Source of the DNA: Mycolicibacterium smegmatis | GTDB taxonomy: Bacteria; Actinomycetota; Actinomycetes; Mycobacteriales; Mycobacteriaceae | NCBI RefSeq assembly: GCF_001457595.1 | Contig: NZ_LN831039.1 | Location: forward strand, 2,190,001-2,222,000 | Reading direction: 5' to 3' | DNA length: 32,000 nucleotides | The notes under the pieces: generated by a model | Databases searched by the model: none | What the model was told of the DNA's origin: nothing | The model's input: the letters and a program-made list of their open reading frames with translations, nothing else | Program-made: the position numbers and the translations under genes | In this document: positions 28,566-32,000 of the stretch, piece after piece | Position numbering within the stretch: the first letter of the stretch is position 1 | How the letters are laid out: the number at the start of each line of letters is the position of its first letter

Positions 28566-29551
28566 GACGGGCTCCCGTCCAGCAACGTCAAGATGTCCCA
28601 CTCGGTTTCACAGACCCGGCGACCGATGGTCGCCAGTTCCACCGAGCGCGTCTGACCGCTCAGATGCCGCTCGGCCTGATACCGGCAGATGACGCCCCAG
28701 CGCAACGTCGCGAGCACGAGCCACCACCGGATCGCGTCGCGGTCGAGCGTCATCCCACCGGCGTCCTCGTAGGCGGTCAGGAAGTTCTCGATGCTGCCGA
28801 GTCCACCCGCCGCGTGGCTCTCGGTGGCGCCGAAACGCCACGCGCGGATGCAGAACCACGCGAGGTCCTCGTAGACCTCGCCGATGTGCACCAGTTCCCA
28901 GTCCAGCACCGCGGCCAGGTCCGAACCGTCCACGATGAGGTTGCCCATGCGGAAATCGCCGTGTATCAACCGCGGTGGTGACGCGGGCGGCCGGTTGGCG
29001 GCCAGCCACCGGAACGCCCACTCGAAAGTCGCGGTGGTGTCGCCCATCTCGTCGAGCTGGTCACGCCACTGACCCACCTGGTCCAGTTCGGTCAGGCCGA
29101 TGTCGGTGGGCGGTTCGGCGCGGTGGATCGCGGCCAGCGCCTGCGCGCACTGCGTGAGCAGTTTCGCCCGCCCCGCAGCGTCGAGCTGCCGCTGGATCCG
29201 GCGCACGATGGTCTCGCCGGGGATGAAGTCGCATACGAGATACGGGTTGCCCAGCGCCGCAGTGGAATTGTCGGCGACGAGCACGTGGGGGACAGGCGCA
29301 CCCGCCGCGGCGGCCGCGCGCTGCGCACCGGCCTCCAGCTCCATCCCGGCGTGCACCTCGTCGGGTGGGCCGGTGCGCAGGATCAAGGCCCGCCGCTGCG
29401 AGGCGGTCACCGCCTCGAACGACCACGTGGTGCGGCTCGCACCGCCGGTCAGCTCGCGCAGGTTCTCCACGCTCACCCCGGCACCGACCACCGGGGCGAG
29501 GACGTCGACCAGCCCGCCGGTCAAACTCGCGGGGTCTCGCGTCTCGGTCAC
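28562..29551 (-). CDS. Phosphotransferase-family protein (APH / ACAD10-11 N-terminal-like kinase)
   Basis: It has the catalytic loop LIHGDFRMGNLIV and the metal-binding segment AVLDWELVHIG. Its GTG at 29551 overlaps the ACAD TGA (GTGA). Confidence 0.88.
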   Translation of the reverse strand: MTETRDPASLTGGLVDVLAPVVGAGVSVENLRELTGGASRTTWSFEAVTASQRRALILRTGPPDEVHAGMELEAGAQRAAAAAGAPVPHVLVADNSTAALGNPYLVCDFIPGETIVRRIQRQLDAAGRAKLLTQCAQALAAIHRAEPPTDIGLTELDQVGQWRDQLDEMGDTTATFEWAFRWLAANRPPASPPRLIHGDFRMGNLIVDGSDLAAVLDWELVHIGEVYEDLAWFCIRAWRFGATESHAAGGLGSIENFLTAYEDAGGMTLDRDAIRWWLVLATLRWGVICRYQAERHLSGQTRSVELATIGRRVCETEWDILTLLDGSPS

Positions 29552-30792
29552 TTCTTGGCCCTGCCGAACCCGAACAGCCGCTGGGCGACCCGGCGCATCT
29601 GGATCTCCTCGGCGCCTTCGGTGATGCGGTAGCGGCGGTGGTGGCGGTAGATGTGCTCGAACGGTTCGTGGCGGCTGTAACCGATGCCGCCGTGCACCTG
29701 CATGGCCCGGTCGGCGGCCTCACACACCAGTCGGTTGGCGCGGTAGTTGGCCATCGACACCTTGTCCGAGACCTCCATGTGGTGGTTGGCGTCGAGTTGC
29801 GTGGCGGCGTAATACACCAGCAGGCGCACCATCTGGGCCTCGGTCTGCAGTTCGACCAGCGGCCACTGCACGGCCTGGTTGACCGCGAGAGGTTTGCCGA
29901 ACACCTCGCGCTCACCGGCGTAGGTCACTGCGCGGTCGATGCAGTACTGCGCGGCGCCCAGGCTGCTGGCGGCCTGCCGAATCCGGTTCTCGTGCAGAAA
30001 CGTCTGGCCGACCTCCAGCCCGCGGTCGACCTCGCCGAGCACCGCGTCGGCCGGCACCCGCACGTTGGTCAACTCGACCTCGCCGTGGTCGGTGGGCATG
30101 TTGAAGGTCCACCAGTAGAACGGCACGTGGAACCCGGGGGCGTCGGTGGGGACCAGGAACGCCGTGATGCCGAGGGCCTGCCCCCGTTCCCCGGAGGTGC
30201 GGGCGAAGATCAGGTCATGCGTGGCGCGGTGCACGCCGGTGTTCCACCGTTTGGTGCCGTTGATGATCCAGTCCTCGCCGTCGCGCACCGCCGTGGTCTC
30301 CAGCCACGTGGCGTCCGAACCGTGCCCGGGTTCGGTGAGCCCGAACGCCATCGACCGCTTGCCGGTGATCATCGCCTCGACCCATTCGTCTTTCTGGGTC
30401 TCGGTGCCGAACCGGTCCATCATGATGACCTGGGGGAAATTGCCGACGATCGACGACTCGTCCTGCAGGTCGTTGTGCAGGCCGAGACCCTTGTGGGCCA
30501 GGTGTTCCCGGATGACCGCCATGTCGAGGTTGGTGCCGTCGCGGCCGCCGAACCGCGCGGGCAGGCCGTAGCGCAGCCACCCCGCGGCGTCGGCGCGCCT
30601 GCGCATCTCGTCGAGCAGTTCCTCCCACTCGCGCCGCGGGACGCCGCCGTTGTCCCAGTCGGTGCGCGCGTGCTCACGACGATGGTCGAAGTACTGGATG
30701 TTCTCGCGCTCCAGCGGCTTGATCTCCGCCTCGATGAACGCGTCCATCTCGGCGAGAGTGTCCCGAAGGTGTTCCGGGAGGGTGAAATCCAC
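29548..30792 (-). CDS. Acyl-CoA dehydrogenase family protein (414 aa)
   Basis: It has MAFGLTEPGHGSDA, WIINGTKRWNTG, and a C-terminal RITEGAEEIQ that retains Glu at the canonical catalytic-base position (YEGT.EI). The GTG at 30792 follows AAGGAG at 7-nt spacing. The 65-codon upstream extension in the track overlaps the TetR gene and is rejected. Confidence 0.9.
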   Translation of the reverse strand: MDFTLPEHLRDTLAEMDAFIEAEIKPLERENIQYFDHRREHARTDWDNGGVPRREWEELLDEMRRRADAAGWLRYGLPARFGGRDGTNLDMAVIREHLAHKGLGLHNDLQDESSIVGNFPQVIMMDRFGTETQKDEWVEAMITGKRSMAFGLTEPGHGSDATWLETTAVRDGEDWIINGTKRWNTGVHRATHDLIFARTSGERGQALGITAFLVPTDAPGFHVPFYWWTFNMPTDHGEVELTNVRVPADAVLGEVDRGLEVGQTFLHENRIRQAASSLGAAQYCIDRAVTYAGEREVFGKPLAVNQAVQWPLVELQTEAQMVRLLVYYAATQLDANHHMEVSDKVSMANYRANRLVCEAADRAMQVHGGIGYSRHEPFEHIYRHHRRYRITEGAEEIQMRRVAQRLFGFGRAKK

Positions 30793-30802
30793 GTTGATCT
30801 CC

Positions 30803-31414
30803 TTAAAAGCCGTACAGGGTTTTCTTCCAGATCGTCGCGAGGGTCGTGATGGCTTCGCGGTCGTCGAGCTCGACACCGAGCCCGGATGACCCCACGAACA
30901 CCGTGGTGAAGTTCTCGAACAGCAATGCGATCGCCGCGCCGATGTGCTCGGGCACGAGTCCCACCGCGTGCCCCTGCTCCTGGGCACGGCGCACCGACGC
31001 CACCACGATGTCGATGCCGAAGCGGCGGAAACTGTTCTGCACCTCGGCGAACCGTTGCTGCGTGGCGGCCAGTTGGGCGACGGCGATCATGATGCCGATG
31101 TTCTGCTTGAACATGTTCCAGTACCCGGTGACCACCGAGGTGAAGAACTCCGCGTCGTCGGGGGAGTCCGGCAGGTGCAGGTTCAGCCCCGAGGGCTCGA
31201 CGACGTCGTGCAGGAACGATTCGGCCAGCGCGGCCAGCAGATCTTCCTTGTCGGTGAAGTAGCGGTAGAACACCGCGGGGCTTTTGCCCGCCGCCGAGGT
31301 GATGTCGGCCAGTGTGGTGCCGTGGAAACCGCGTTCGGCGAACAGCTTCCGCGCGGCCAACTCGATGGCCGTGCGCGTCTGGCGGCCTTTCGAGCCCAGC
31401 TCACCGGATGCCAT
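30803..31414 (-). CDS. TetR/AcrR-family transcriptional regulator
   Basis: The HTH reads TRTAIELAARKLFAERGFHGTTLADITSAAGKSPAVFYRYFTDKEDLL. Its TAA stop is embedded in the ACAD ribosome-binding site (TAAGGAG). It starts 6 nt after the HMG-CoA lyase stop. Confidence 0.88.
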   Translation of the reverse strand: MASGELGSKGRQTRTAIELAARKLFAERGFHGTTLADITSAAGKSPAVFYRYFTDKEDLLAALAESFLHDVVEPSGLNLHLPDSPDDAEFFTSVVTGYWNMFKQNIGIMIAVAQLAATQQRFAEVQNSFRRFGIDIVVASVRRAQEQGHAVGLVPEHIGAAIALLFENFTTVFVGSSGLGVELDDREAITTLATIWKKTLYGF

Positions 31415-31420
31415 GTCGGC

Positions 31421-32000
31421 TCAGCCCAGGATCCGGTCGCCCGCGCGTAACAGTGCGCTGGGCAGGTCGTGTCCGACGGCCCGCTGCGCCACGCGTGCGG
31501 CCTCGATCGCGGCCCGCAGGTCGATGTCGACCCCGATGTCGCTGTCGCGCAGCAGGTACACCAGATCCTCGGTCGCGATGTTCCCGCTGGCACCCGGCGC
31601 GAAGGGGCATCCGCCCAGCCCGCCCACCGAGGCGTCGAGCCGCGTGATGCCGGCCTGCACCGCCGCGTACGCGCTGGCCAGCCCGGCGCCGCGGGTGTTG
31701 TGGAAATGGGCGCCGAGAGGCAGATCGCCGATCAGCGGGCGCACCTGCTGCACCAGCGTCGTCACGCGCCGCGGTGTGGTGGTGCCGATGGTGTCGGCGA
31801 TGGCCAGCCGGTCGGCGCCGTATTCGACAGCGGCCGAGACGATGTCGAGGACACGCTGCGGGTCGGTGGGTCCGTCGAACGGGCAGTCCCATGCCGTGGC
31901 GACGATGACCTCGACCGAGGTGTCGCTGTCGTGCGCGATCGCGACGATGTCGGCGATCTGCGCGGTGGCCTCGGCGCTGGAGCGACCCACGTTGGCCTTG
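31421..32000 (-). CDS. Hydroxymethylglutaryl-CoA lyase (C-terminal part; the 5' end lies outside the window)
   Basis: It has the motifs IADTIGTTTP, LGAHFHNTRGAGLA and GLGGCPFAPGASGNIATEDLVY, typical of the HMGL/DRE-TIM lyase family. The frame stays open to the window edge. Confidence 0.88.
   Translation of the reverse strand, partial: KANVGRSSAEATAQIADIVAIAHDSDTSVEVIVATAWDCPFDGPTDPQRVLDIVSAAVEYGADRLAIADTIGTTTPRRVTTLVQQVRPLIGDLPLGAHFHNTRGAGLASAYAAVQAGITRLDASVGGLGGCPFAPGASGNIATEDLVYLLRDSDIGVDIDLRAAIEAARVAQRAVGHDLPSALLRAGDRILG

Overview
This is a high-GC actinobacterial chromosome segment that looks mycobacterial. Gene order and protein N-termini match what I remember of the Mycobacterium tuberculosis Rv3143-nuoA-N locus. 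A fast-growing Mycolicibacterium of the smegmatis type is my guess, and I could not verify it without a search.

The core of the window (10462-25911, minus strand) is a complete 14-gene NADH:quinone oxidoreductase (complex I) operon, nuoABCDEFGHIJKLMN. An orphan receiver-only response regulator sits immediately upstream of it.

Left flank:
- a partial EthA-like monooxygenase
- an AraC regulator divergent from a small membrane protein
- a tightly linked pair of an APH-family kinase and a 371-aa unknown protein
- a TetR regulator followed by a four-gene operon (MFS transporter, LLM flavin monooxygenase, PIG-L deacetylase, Zn-ADH)
- a convergent enoyl-CoA hydratase with its own divergent TetR

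Right flank:
- YceI-like, NTF2-like and methyltransferase genes
- a tightly coupled minus-strand operon: HMG-CoA lyase (partial), TetR, acyl-CoA dehydrogenase, APH-family kinase, and a small 118-aa protein

I found no rRNA, tRNA, CRISPR, transposase, integrase, phage or recognisable defence genes, and no AT-rich island. This is mostly ordinary core and metabolic DNA, and I do not see a convincing wholly new system.

The observations most worth a second look:
1. The only two long intercistronic gaps in the otherwise overlap-coupled nuo operon. The nuoD/nuoE gap holds a 33-bp tandem duplication. The nuoF/nuoG gap holds a 10-bp perfect inverted repeat. Each gap contains a mini-ORF whose stop overlaps the downstream start as GTGA, which resembles the MIRU architecture.
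2. The ACAD + kinase + small-partner operon resembles the LvaC/LvaA/LvaB module and the ACAD10/11 4-hydroxyacyl-CoA logic.
3. The nuo-linked response regulator has a degenerate receiver pocket and is probably translated from a leaderless mRNA.

All homology statements are by-eye recognition of motifs. No database search was possible.
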